In this document: piece after piece, positions 36,530 to 52,365 of the stretch | Layout of the letters: the number at the start of each line of letters is the position of its first letter | Position numbering within the stretch: the stretch's first letter is position 1 | NCBI RefSeq assembly: GCF_009914755.1 | Contig: NC_060926.1 | From: the human T2T-CHM13v2.0 reference genome, Homo sapiens | Length of the DNA stretch: 64,000 bases | Direction: 5' to 3' (one strand) | The notes under the pieces: generated by a model | What the model was told of the DNA's origin: nothing | Database searches by the model: none | Seen by the model: the letters and a program-made list of their open reading frames with translations, nothing else | Made by a program: the position numbers and the translations under genes

Positions 36530-37085
36530 GGTTGTATGGTCACTTTGACAAAACTGATTCTTCCAATCAACGAGTATGGGATGTTTTTCCGTTTGTCTGT
36601 GTCATCTAGAATTTCTTACATCAGGACTTTGTAGTTCTCCTTATAGAGATCTGTTACCTCCTTGGTTAAATACATTTCTAGGTGGATTTTTTCTTTTTTT
36701 GAAGATTGCTTTCTTGATTTAGTTTTCAGTTGGATCGTCATTGGTGTATAGAAATGCTCCTCATTTTTGTACACTGATTTTGTATTGACACTTTACTGGA
36801 TTATTTGTCAAATTCAAGAGGTTTTTGGTGGCATCCTTAGGTTTTTCTAAATATGACAGAGATCATGTCATCAGGGAATAGGGTATTTTGACTTTTCCAA
36901 CTTGGATGCATTTCCTAATTTAAGAAATACAGCCAGGACAGTGGCTCATGCCTGTAATCTCAACATTTTGGGAGGCCAAAGTGGGAGGACCATCTGAGAC
37001 AAAGAGTTTGCAACCAGCCTGAGCAACACATTGAGATGCTAACTCTAAAAATAGAAATAAAAATAAAAAAATTAGGCTAGCCTGA

Positions 37086-37450
<365 letters not shown>

Positions 37451-40400
37451 AACAAATAATTTTTAATTGATATATATATATATATATATTGCTTTTTTAG
37501 AATGTCATTGCACACTTAACAGACTACAGTATATTGTAAACATAACTTTATACGCACTGTGAAACTAAAAAAAGAAAAACAAACGAAATACATTTTGTAA
37601 GGCTATAACTACCATAGACAGTGATCAGATTCTTCTGACAGATCTGAGCAAAGTAAATTGAAAACCTTCTGGAAAGGATTCATCATTCTAGATGCCATTA
37701 AGAACACTGATGATTCATGGGAGGAGGTCAAAATATCAACATTAACAGGAATTTGGAAGAAGCTGATTCCAGCCCTCATGGATGACTTTGAGGGGTTTAA
37801 GACTTCAGTGGAGGAAGTAACTGTAGATGTGACGGAAAGAGCAAGAGAACTACAATTAGAAGCAGAGCTAAAACTTGAACAGATGAAAAGTTGCTTCTTA
37901 TGGATGAGGAAACAAAGTGGCCTTTTTTTTTTTTTAAGACAGGGTCTTGCTCTGTTGCCCAGGCTGGTCTGCACTGCCACAGCTCACTGCAGCCCTGACC
38001 TCCCCTCCCCGGCTCAAGCACTCTCCCTGCTTCAGCTTCCCAAATCACCACAACCGGCTAACCTCTATATTTTTTTAATGGGATTTTGCCATGTTGCCCA
38101 CGCTGTTCTTGAATTCCTTGGCGCAAGCAATCCTCCTGCCTCAGCCTCCCAAACTGCTGGGATTATAAGCGTGACCCCATTACGCCTGGACAGAAAGTGG
38201 CTTCTTGAGATGGAATCTACTCCTAGTGAAGATGATGTGAATATTATTGAAGTAGCAACAAAGGACTTAGATTACAAAAACTTAGTTGATAAAGCAACGA
38301 TAAGCAACTTAGATGATAGGTGATAAGCAATTAGTTGATGAAGGGTTTGAAAGGACTGACTCCAATTTTGAAAAATGTTCTATGGTGAGTAAAATGTTAT
38401 CAAACAGTATCACATGCCAGAGTGAAATCTTTCCTGAAAGGAAGAGTCCATCGATGCGGCAAACTTCACTAATGTCTTACTTTAAGAAATTGCCTCAGCC
38501 ATCCCAAACTTCAACAACCACCCCTTATCAACCATCCTTACTAGTCAGCAGCCATCAACATGGAGGCAAGACCCTCCACCAGCAAAAAGATTACAATTCC
38601 CTAAAGGCTCAAATTTCTTTAGAAATTTTTAGCAATAAATAATTTTTTAATTAAGGTATATACTTTTTTTAGACATAATGCCATTGCACACAATAGACTA
38701 CAGTATATTGTAAACATAACTATATGCACCGTGAAACTAAAAAGTTTATGTGACTCACTTCTTTTCCTTTATTGCAGTGGTCTGGAACCAAAGCCACAAT
38801 CTCTCTAAGGTATGCCTGTACATGTACCTATAGATAAAGCAAATATGGCAAGATAACAACAAATGTTTAATCTAGAGGGTCAAGATACAAGTGGTTTACT
38901 ATTACCAAATTTTCTGTATGCTTGAAATTGTTTGATAATAAAAAGTGGGAGGTGGGGGGAAATAGCTCCAATTCTATAGGGAAAGAGAAAATCAACCTGA
39001 AACCAACGCTGTAGGAAATGCAGAGTATCAAACATGACTTTATTTTAATACAGCACCTGTTAGTTTAACCCTTTGGTACCAATAAAGTAAACTAGAAACA
39101 AAAGCTCCCCCTAAAACATTGCTTATAAGACTCAGTCTCTAATGCAATCCAATTATTTAAGATAAGCCTTTAACAGCTAGTTTCTCAAAAGAGGCACATG
39201 GATAACCATTCTATAATGATATCATATACAACATAATTCAATAAGATTCAACATGTTTATATTTTAACCAAACAACAAATCAATCTGTAAACCATCCACA
39301 TGTTAACTTTGTAATTTCACCTTTTCTCCACAGAGACTGCAAGACCACAAATTTTCTTCAACTTGATAATATACTAGGAAAATTACAGAGTAATATAACT
39401 GGGCATCAATAGATTTGTTAAACATTTGCAATTATGCATAGAGCTTCAATTACTCAAAGGAAATGTATCGACTTTTTTTCAGTACAGAGCTCTGGCTCCT
39501 TATTTTTTCCTCTCACCATAGTTTTAAAAAATACAAAACTCATGCTAAAATGAGAATTTTCAGTTAACTTATAAACACTGACTAGTAGCACTCCATACAA
39601 ATGAAAAAGAATCACACCATCAAACTTCCTACGATATTCTACGCATTAAAATTTGACATCGAACTAAAAAAGATTGCATAAGACAACGAACAAATCACTA
39701 AATTGCCACATAATCCAGCAACAAATTTTGCAACAAGGAAATCTCAAGCAAATAACCCAACTGTGAGTTCCCTTTGGGCATCAAGGTCAAACTACAAAAG
39801 TAAATTTGTGACTTTTCAAGATCTATGCAGTTTTACCAAATGTATTTATTTTTTGTGAGAGAATAATTTTTTTCTGTCCAGTACTAGTACATAAAAAGTA
39901 AAGGTATCTGAAGCCATCTTTTAAATTTTTTTTAAAGCCAAGAAAATGATTTGGCAAAAGATATCGAAGAGCTTACGTTAGGGAAAACTAAACTGTATCT
40001 GTCTATGTGTTTAGAATTTATCCCATTAAAGAAACTGCCCAGTTAGTCTCATTTTCTAAACGTATTTATTTTTTGCAAGACGAGAAATACAGTCTTACAA
40101 AAAGACATCTGCATATTCGAACCAAGCCTTCCTGGATTACTACCTTCATGACCTTGGACAAATGCCTTAATCTCTCTGAGCCTCAAGTTTTCACCTGCAA
40201 AATGGGGCAATTTACCCACCTCATTGGGCTGGGAAGATGAAGAGAGATAATGCATGACAACTGCCGGGCGCAGACTAAGAGCACCCTAAGTGCTACCTAA
40301 ATATTCCGTAAAGAGAAAAGGGGGAAACAACCTTACATCAAAAGATTACCACACTGTGACAGTGCAAAGACAAGCACTTTTTCGCTTACTGCATGTACCA

Positions 40401-40639
40401 TTTCTGCTCCATCCCAAGACCAGATGCAACCTTTCTTCTAAAATCTCTGCAGGGTACGTGTCTGACAGCTAACACAGCCCAGCAGCCTACTTCGCGCTGA
40501 CCTGGGCTTTAGGACTGGATGCAGGGGGCCCAAGGTCCGCCCTCCCGCAGCTAGGCAATCACCCAGCGAAATCTCCGCCCCTGGAGCGGCGCTTAGGCCG
40601 CCGCCAGCCCCCCTCCCGGCGCCCAGCCCGCGGCCCCCG

Positions 40640-40652
40640 ACACACACGCGCG

Positions 40653-40703
<51 letters not shown>

Positions 40704-40731
40704 GCGCGCGCGCACGCACACACGCACGTAC
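40640..40731. repeat. Compound (CA)n/(CG)n microsatellite
   Basis: ~90 bp alternating purine-pyrimidine tract with one break. Confidence 0.97.
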
Positions 40732-41255
40732 CGGCTGCTCCGCAGGGACGTAGAGAGCCGCAGGCCCAAGGAGGGGCCGCCCCCGCCGAGCCCGCCCCTC
40801 CGCCCCAGCGCGGCCTGTCACCGCGGCCCCAGGTCGGGGGCTGCCGCAGGGCCCCCGGGGACCGGAGGGGCGCGCGAGGAGTCGGGCGCGGGCCTTGGGG
40901 CCAGGCCCGTCCCTCTTTCACATGAAGCCCGGGCCGGGCGGGGTGGCGGGCGCGTGAATCCTCGCAGCCGGCCGGGTCCTCCTGGCGCTCCTCGGCGCTT
41001 CTAGCCGCTGCAACCCCGAGGCCCGCGGGAACTGGGCAGGAAAGGAGGAAGCCGCGGGCCCGCGTCGCTAGAGACCGGAGAAGAGGCGGGAGTGGCGACT
41101 CTGCGGACAGGGGCGCCGAGCGTCCTGGTCGTTGTTTTCGTCGCCGCCGCGGGCCGTGCAACCCCCGAACGCTGCACCCAGCGGCCGCGGCACCCTCGTC
41201 AGGCGCCGCCGCTGAGGGCAGGCAGCCCGGCAGCCACTACACACGGACCCGTGAC
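40732..41255 (-). other. MAP3K2: Putative non-coding first exon of the minus-strand host gene (tentatively MAP3K2)
   Basis: Donor CCG|GTACGT at 40731; no long AUG ORF; downstream 40 kb shows intron-like antisense repeat bias. Gene name rests only on recalled locus layout, not on coding sequence; TSS approximate. Confidence 0.5.
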
Positions 41256-41993
41256 GTCGGGCGTAGCGCGGCGCACGTCACGGCCGCTCGCTCGTGCGCG
41301 CGCACCCCTCCGCCCGGCGGTAGCGGAACCCGCCGCGGGCGCGCGCCCGGCCCAGGGGAGTGGGTCGGCGCCTGCGCAGAGGCCCGCCACGCCCACACAC
41401 AGGCCACCGCCCCCACCGGCCGGACGGCGCGGGGATTCCCAGTCCTGGCTCCGCCCCGGCCTCGGCCCCGCCCCCGCCCCTGCCCCGGGGCAGCCTGTGC
41501 TGTTCCGTGTGCGCGGCGCATACGCACCTGGGTTGTCTCGAGCCTGCGGTAGTGGCCAGATCCCAGACATCCGAGTAGATCCCGTGAAAAGGTCTCCCAC
41601 GTGGGCTGTGGACAGGGCCCAAGGGTAGCAGAGCTAGCAGAGGCAGTGACGGACTGTGTGGCAGGTCATTTGCAAGGAGAAAAGCCGTCTGCCTCTTAAT
41701 TTGTGGCTCAAGTTTCAGAATTTTTTTCCTGAGGGACTTTAGAAATTACTTCAGGCTTGCCACCTAACCTTAAACCACCCCCTTGGAGACTGGCTAAGTG
41801 TTATTTGTGTTTTCTGTTTAGTTCTTATCACCATCGATACTTGGTTATGACTGGTTGTGTACATTGGTTAGCCCAGCAAGTATTACTTCTCCAGCTTAAC
41901 AGATGTGGAAACTTAAGCCCAGAGACATGAGTTGACACCCCACCCCCAGAGCTAGAGTCTAAAACCCTTTCTTTCGCTCCTCATCTCCCACAG

Positions 41994-42690
41994 GATAAAA
42001 TGCAAATTAATCAGACTAGTGGTGAGGCCCTCCGTGGTGTGACTAACCTGCATCCCGACGTTTTCACCCTACTTTGATCCAGAAAGCACCTTTCCGCCCC
42101 ATCTCTTCTCCTTTCCTTAAATACCCCTTACAACTTCCTGTACCATTCTTCCCTGTTCAGCTTCTACTTGGTTTCTTCGTACATTCTGGATCCACCCCTT
42201 TCATGCATATTCCAGACCACATTTCCACTGGAGCAGTTGAAATGAGAGAGATGGGAATGGGACTCACCCGAACCAGAGGTAAGGAGCTACCCAACTTGGG
42301 CTCTGAGGGTCAAGGGAGCTGGCACTTGTGGGGCAGAGACTGAGGGAGAAACTGTTGTGTAATGTCAAAATATCTCTGGGTTTCTTCCAGGAATTTTTAT
42401 TACAGACCCATTAACAGAGGTGTCAAAGTCACAGGAACAAGGATGTGCACCTCAGAAACACAGAGCTCAGTGGAAAATCAGTTTGCTTCTATTTGTTTAA
42501 AAAATGGGGGACTTATGCATAAATCTAAGACCTTCTTGAATCTAACATTCTAAGACCTGTATGCCACAGAAAGGAGGGTCTCAGAACGCCGGAGGATAGT
42601 ATTTAAATCTTAAATATCTATATTGTTCTCCACAGTTACTGGGTCACCACATAGCAGGCATTCAATAAAAACGTGTTTGTTTACTAAGTA
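41994..42690 (+). ncRNA. Possible exons of a divergent lncRNA (MAP3K2-DT-like)
   Basis: Acceptor ...catctcccacag at 41993, donor GAG|GTAAGG at 42279, acceptor tttcttccag at 42390, AATAAA at 42664. Confidence 0.35.
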
Positions 42691-43197
42691 ATCTAGAGAT
42701 AAATTTTTTCCCCTCATAGTGCTGCTCATTTCTCCACTCCCTTCCCTCACTTACCACCCCGGGGACTTCATTCACCTCTGGGTTCCTCAGAAACATCCCG
42801 TGGGTATAGTTATAGTAGCTATTCTTTCTTTTTCGCCATTCTCCTTTTATATTGGTGACTTTTCCTCTTGCTTAGATATTAAATCTCTGACATCTTTGGT
42901 TATTTTAGTATATATGATTACAAATTAGTGATATTGGGATTTTTTTATTGATGAAACCATCATTCAATGAATATTTTTTTGCCTTCCTACTCTGTGCCTG
43001 GGATTGCAGTGATAAAATTATATAGTCCCCACTGCCCAGGAACTCAGAATCCTGTGAGGAAGGCAGACAGGTAAATGGATAATGATAACACACTGTGACC
43101 TGCATCATGGGAGGGATGTGTATCAGGCACCACAGCAGCAAGAGGAAGATGTCACAGGTGTGTCTGGGGAAGTGAGAGATGACTTCAGAGAGGAAAT

Positions 43198-44130
<933 letters not shown>

Positions 44131-44707
44131 TGCCATGGCTGGCAACTGAAACTTGAACGGGGGTAGTTATTTGCTGGAAGAAATAAGGATGGAGGAGTAC
44201 GCATTCCAGGCAGAGGGAATCAAGTGTGTCCAAGCTTGGAAGTATGAGGGAACGTGCCCTGCCTAGGAATGGCAAGAGTTGCTGGCCACTGGGTGTTGAG
44301 AGAAATGCAGGCAGGGGGTGAAGCTAGAGAAGGAAGAGAGCTGCCAGGAGATTGGGAAGGAGGAATATTAGAGCAGGCCAAATTGCTGGGAAGGGAGATG
44401 AAAGTCTAAAGGTCTAAACCACAGCTGTGGCCATGAAAATGATACGAGTACTATTGGTTGGGATGCATTCAACTGCAGCGAGCAAGACACCTGGCCCAAA
44501 ACAGCTTAAACAGTGAGGTTGATTTTGTCACATAACAAAAATCCAGTGGATGGATCCAAGGTTGGTTAGGGCTGTGAACAGGCATATTGAGAATCAATGG
44601 ACGGCCACCTCAGCTCCAAACATGACCTCCCACACAGTAAAGAAGGGGGAACCATCCCTCTGTTTCTTTCCCTCATTCTTTTTTAAAATAAACTTTTTAT
44701 TTTAGAA

Positions 44708-45295
44708 TGTTGACGAAAGAGTCAAACTCTATAAAATATTTGAAGAGATTTGTTCTGAGCCAAGTATGAGTGACCATGGCCTGTGATACAGCCCTCAGGA
44801 GATCCTGAGAACATGTGCCCAAGGTGGCCAGATTACAGCTTGGTTTTATACATTTTAGGGAGACATGAAGCATCAAGCAATACATGTAAAGTGTACATTG
44901 GTTCAGAAAGTCAGGACAACTGGAAGTGGGGGCTTCCAACTCATAGATGGATTCAAAGATTTTCTGATTGGCAATTGGTTGAAAGAGTTACTATCAATAG
45001 AAGATAATTTCTGGGTTACCGTAAGGGGTTATGGAGACCAAGGTTTTATCATGTGGATGAAGCCTCCAGATAGCAGGCTTCAGAGACAATAGATTGTACA
45101 TGTTTCTTATTGAACTTAAAGAGTCTGTTCTGTCAGAAATTCCAAAAGGGAAGAGGGTAGAATGAGGCATGTCCAGCTCCCCCTTTCCTTCACAGCCTGA
45201 ACTAGGTTTTTCAGGTTAACATTGGAGTGCCCTTGGCCAAGAGGAGGGGTCTATTCAGGTGGTTGGGGGCCTTAGAATTTTATTTTTTGTTTACA
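44708..45295 (-). mobile_element. MER4A-type ERV1 solo LTR
   Basis: tgttgacgaaagagtcaaactct...ccttagaattttattttttgtttaca; 4-bp TSD AGAA. Confidence 0.88.
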
Positions 45296-45380
45296 AGAAC
45301 AGTTTTAGGTTTACAGAAAAACTGAGACAATAGTACAGAGACTTCTCCTATACCCACATTCAGCATTCATTTTCTCCTAT

Positions 45381-45763
45381 TGATATGGTTTGGCTTTGTA
45401 TGGCCACCCAATCTCATGTCAAATTGTAATTCCCAGTGTTGGAGGAGGGGCCTTGGTGGAGGTGATTGGCTCATGGGGGTAGATTTCCCCCTTGCTGTTC
45501 TTGTGATAGCAAGTGAATTCTCACAAGATCTGGTTGTTTAAAAGTGTGCAGCACTTCCCCCTTTGATGTTTCTCTCTCCTGCTCTGCCATGGTAAGATGT
45601 GCCTGCTTCCCCCTCACTTTCCATCATGATTGAAGTTTCCTGAGGCCTCCCAGCCTTGCTTTCTGTACAGCCTGTGTAACTGTGAGTCAATTAAACCTCT
45701 TTTCCTCTTAAATTACCCAGTCTTAGGTAGTTCTTTATAGCAATGTGAGAACAGACTAATACA
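45381..45763 (+). mobile_element. MSTA-like solo LTR
   Basis: tgatatggtttggct...gactaataca; TSD CCTAT. Confidence 0.9.
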
Positions 45764-47105
45764 CCTATTATTACGAACTTGTATTATTAGTATAGTACAT
45801 TTGTCATAACTAGTGAACCAATATTGATGCATTGTCATTAACTGAAGTCCATACTTTATTCAGATGTCCTCAGTTTTTTCCTAATGCCCTTTTTGTGTTC
45901 CAGGAGCCCACACTATGCTTAGTCATCACGTCTCCTTAGGCTTCTCTTGGCTGTGAGTTCCCTTGTTTTTGATGGCCTTGTGCTAAGGAATACTGGTTAG
46001 GTGTTTGGTAGAATATTCTTCAATTGTGAATCATGTAATGTTTTTCTCATGATGACACTGAGGTTATGGGTTCTGGGGAAGGAGACCACTGAAGTAAAGT
46101 GCCATCTTTATCACATCCTATCAAAGGTAGTCCATTGTCTTAGTCCATTTTGTGCCCTGTAACAAAATACCACAGACTGGGTAATGTGTAATGAACAGAA
46201 ATTTATCTCTCACAGTTCTGAAGGCTGGGAAGTCCAAGATTGAGGGGCCCACATCTGGCAAGAACCTTCTTGCTGTGTCATCCTGTGGGGGAAGGGCAAA
46301 GAGAAGATGAGAGAAAGAGCAAGAAGAGTCAAACTCATCCTTTTATAAGGTGCCCACCCTAGATAATGACATTAATCCATTCATGACGGCTCTCCCCTCA
46401 TAACTTAATCATAACTTAAACACCTCTTAAAGGTCCTACCTCCTAACATTGTTGCATTGGGGATCAAGTTTCCAAAACATGACCTTTGGGGGACATATTC
46501 AAACCATAGCAGGTATATACTGTCAGTATGATTTATGACTTGGTGTTGAGCTTGATCACCTGCCTGAGATAGTGTTTGTCAGGTTTCTCCCCCATAAAGC
46601 TACTCTTTATTCACCTCTTTCCATACTGTACTCTTTGCAAGGAAGTCACTATGCTCAGCCCACACCTAAGGAGTGGGGAGCTATGCTCCACCTCCTTGTG
46701 TGTGAAGTATCTGCATAAATTACTAGGAATTCTTCTGCATGTGAGATCTGTCTCTTCTCTCCTGTTTACTTATGTAATCTTTTATTTATATTAATATAGA
46801 ATTGTGGGTATATAACTTATGCTCTGGGTTATAATCTAATACTACATTACTTATTTTGTTGCTCTAATTATTCTGGGTTTGGCCATTGGTAGCTCTTTGA
46901 TTTGTCTCCTGTGTCCCTTTGACACCCATCATTATGATTTTTTTTTTCCTTTTTCAGCACTTCTTTGCTTTCTGGCACTGCCAGCGCTCCAAAATCATCT
47001 TGAATATTTCCTGTCCCAGTCTAGAATCAGCCATTTTTCCAAAGGGCCCTGGTTTCTTTTGTTGGAGAATGGTGTTAGAGACCAATATCTGGTGCTAGGT
47101 GTGCT
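45764..47105 (-). mobile_element. L1MC/MD 3' region with MaLR LTR (46136-46511) nested
   Basis: Antisense L1M 3' UTR motifs; tgtcttagtcc...ttcaaaccatagca LTR. Confidence 0.7.
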
Positions 47106-47124
47106 AAGGATTCTCTTTTCATTA

Positions 47125-47465
<341 letters not shown>

Positions 47466-48699
47466 CTACCCATTTTGTTTTTGCAGCAATGTCTGCTAAT
47501 TGTGCCCCCAAATTCATTCTCCTCTTCCCATTGTAATCAAATTTTATCTGAGCATATAGGACTCTCATAATAAAGAGTTCATTCCCTAGCCTCCCTTGCA
47601 GCTAAATGTGACCAGGTGACTAAGTAATGGCAAAAGGGAAGTCAACTGAAGTGTGTCCATCCAGGGACCTTCACTGAGAGTCCCTTTCTTAAGAGACTAC
47701 TGCTTTTACATCTTTCCTCGTCCCTTCCTCCCACACTGGAGTACTTGCAGGCCATCTTGGAGAGTCAGGACATGGGGCATACACAGGAATGGTGGCTCTG
47801 GGAGCAGAATCCCCTCCCTAATCTGGACCACAGGGCTGTGTAGTTTCTCATGGGAGATGTAAATGACTGTCCCTGGTAGCTGAACTGACTGCTAATAGTA
47901 TCTTGTTGGCTGGAGTTGGGTCACATGGTTATGCATGCATAGAAGTCAGGATCACCATGATGGGTTCAGCCCACACGAGGACCACCGGGGGCTGGGCACA
48001 CTGCCTGGCTATATCTAAGCAGAAGCCGGATTAGGTTACAAAGGAGCTGAGAGATGGATGGTTGTTGCCTAGCAGCCAACTGTGTTGGCTCTGAGAAGCT
48101 CATGGAGAGGCAAGACTTGGGGGACCAGAGTGGACTGTAGGGCCTACCCCATATATAAATGATGTTCCACAAATCTATTATGATTATCCCCAGGGCCACT
48201 TCACTGTTACAAGAAGCAAAACATTAGTAAATCTGATTTTTAAAAGTTCACAGTGCTGCCACAGCCAAACAAAAGTTATTTCTGGGATTTCTGCTGTGTG
48301 GAATGCCCACAAAGTTTTCTAAGTGTGGAAAGAGGCAATGTGACAAGATTTCTAACAGACAGTTTTCTTGAATTCTCTGTGATCTTGATCAGCTCTAATT
48401 CTTTTATCCATCAGTTGCTAGTACATTAACTTCTTACTTTAACATTATGTTTGTTATATATTTTCCATTGTTACACATATTTATAATAGAAAATATGGAA
48501 AACAGGAGGAAAAGAAAAAGCTCATTCCTTCTATAGTTCTGTTTCTATTCAATTTTTTCTCTATTCGTAAATCTTTGTTGTGCTGGTATTTTTTTATTTT
48601 TAGATACGTTTTTAAATCGTTCTTAGGTATTAATAGTTGTGATCTGTCCTATACATGCAATTTTGTATCTTACAGTTTTCACTTCACATGGCATAAGTA

Positions 48700-49190
<491 letters not shown>

Positions 49191-49194
49191 GAAA

Positions 49195-50262
<1,068 letters not shown>

Positions 50263-50381
50263 TGTCTGGGCACAGTGGCTCATGCCTGTAATTCCAGTAC
50301 TTTGGGAGGTCGAGGCAGGCGGATTGCTTGAGCTATAGAGTTGGAGACCAGCCTGGGCAACATGGTAAAACCCTGTCTCTA

Positions 50382-50414
<33 letters not shown>

Positions 50415-51976
50415 CCTGGGCCTGGGAGGCAGAGGTTGCAGTGAGCTGTGATTGTGCCACTGTACTCCAGTCCGGGCACCAGAGTGAGACTCTTTCTCAA
50501 AATAAAAGTTATTATTTATTGATAAATTTTTTTTAAAAAAATGCCAAATTGCTAACAAGGATAACCCATTTTTCGGAAGTTGGCTATTTGCTGGGAGCCT
50601 ACTTATGTTCTCCACCACTGCAGCATCCCCCTAATGGTCTGATGGTCCACTCCTTACTTCCAGTGTCTTTGTCTTGACAGCAAGAAGAGAATTGTCTGTT
50701 TCTTCCCTTTCTCCTGTTTAATTATCTTATTGTCTTCCCATAATTTTCAATTCACATATAAGGAAAAAGTGGCAGAGAAAGGTCAGGTGGCTGTCACCAG
50801 GCCCCAAGGACACTTAATGGAGCAGCCAGAGAGGACCTCAGAACCACCTGACAGGCTCTCCCTCACTCTGTTCCATGGTACCTCCCAAATGCCCATCCCA
50901 GAGCCCCTCCCCACTGCCTAATGCACCAGGGCACCACTCCCTGTCTTGCCAATTTCAGCTGCCCCTCTGCCTCCAAGATCAGCCTTGCCATCCTTGACAC
51001 CACAGGCTTCCTTCATCCAAGCCCTCTGAGCCCCTCTCTGGGCGGTTTGGAGGATGCTAAGCCCTCTCAGTGCACCATCCAGGGGGTCCATGTTGCAGAA
51101 ATGAGTGAGGAGGTAGTTATCTTCATCCTCACAGCTCAGCATATGCCTCGACCCAGTGCGATGTAGATCCTTCCCCAACTGCTTCCTGCAAGTCAAGTCA
51201 CAAAGGTTGGCATTGGTTCTTCACCATAGGCTAGCCTGGCTGAAGCTCAGCTGCACAGAGTCTGTCCTGAGAAGCAGAATGCCACTGTCCCCTGGGCCCT
51301 CCAGACTGCCAAGGCTGCTCAGTTTCAGAGAGCAGGCTCCCTGTGGCCTCACACGCCGGCTGCCAGCTGGGCCAGGTAACTCTGGCCAGGCTGCACTGTG
51401 AAGAACACGAGAGTCGGCGGAGACCTGTGCCTGCTCTTCTCAGCCTCAATGTCTGGAAGACAAAAAAAGGCATCCTGCTCCCAAGATTGTGGTGGAGGCC
51501 AGCAGGGTGACGCACATGAAAGCCACTGGAGATAGATGGCACTTGTTCCCACCCACTGCCCACAACAGGCCCAGGACTGCCTCAGCCCCGGTGGACCCCA
51601 GAGCCAGCAGGCCCTTCAGAATGGAAGGTGCCAAACACCATCGGAAGGCGTGGTTCTTTTCAGAGAACCAGACTCTGAGACTGTGGCCTCCCACTATGAG
51701 TCACCACCTCTGATTCCTGAGGTCCCCTCCAGTCATTGGCTCTCTCCCAAGCCAGCCAGCTGATCAGCCTTGAGGACAGCAGAGTGTCTGCCAAGAGAGA
51801 TCTGTGAAGTTTCCCATCACCGTGGCAGTCCACAATGTGAAGCCCCTGAGGCCACCCTTCTCCATGTGTCCCCCACACTGTCCCTGACCCTCCCACCATC
51901 CTAGAAAACCAGCCTCCCAGGTCCTCTGTCATGGAAGTAATTTACAGCAAGGCAGAAAGAGCTGAAAGATTTATAA

Positions 51977-52365
<389 letters not shown>

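Larger units (their letters stand above)
40490..41600. promoter_or_regulatory. CpG-island promoter, likely bidirectional
   Basis: Very high GC/CpG; GC boxes ~41450-41480; NRF1-like GCGCCTGCGCA ~41368; paired CRE-like sites 41249-41283. Confidence 0.92.

Noticed and set aside
37658-38642. 221-aa ORF as a domesticated Tigger (TIGD-like) gene
   Set aside because: Partial transposase interrupted by an Alu, lacking the N-terminal DNA-binding domain.
40438-41628. 100-200 aa ORFs over the CpG island
   Set aside because: Non-AUG starts, low complexity, and stop-poor because of GC content.
51150-51300. Minus-strand KDLHRTG (TBC-like) and weak ZCCHC3/HARBI1-like words
   Set aside because: Short matches with no supporting flanks; consistent with chance.
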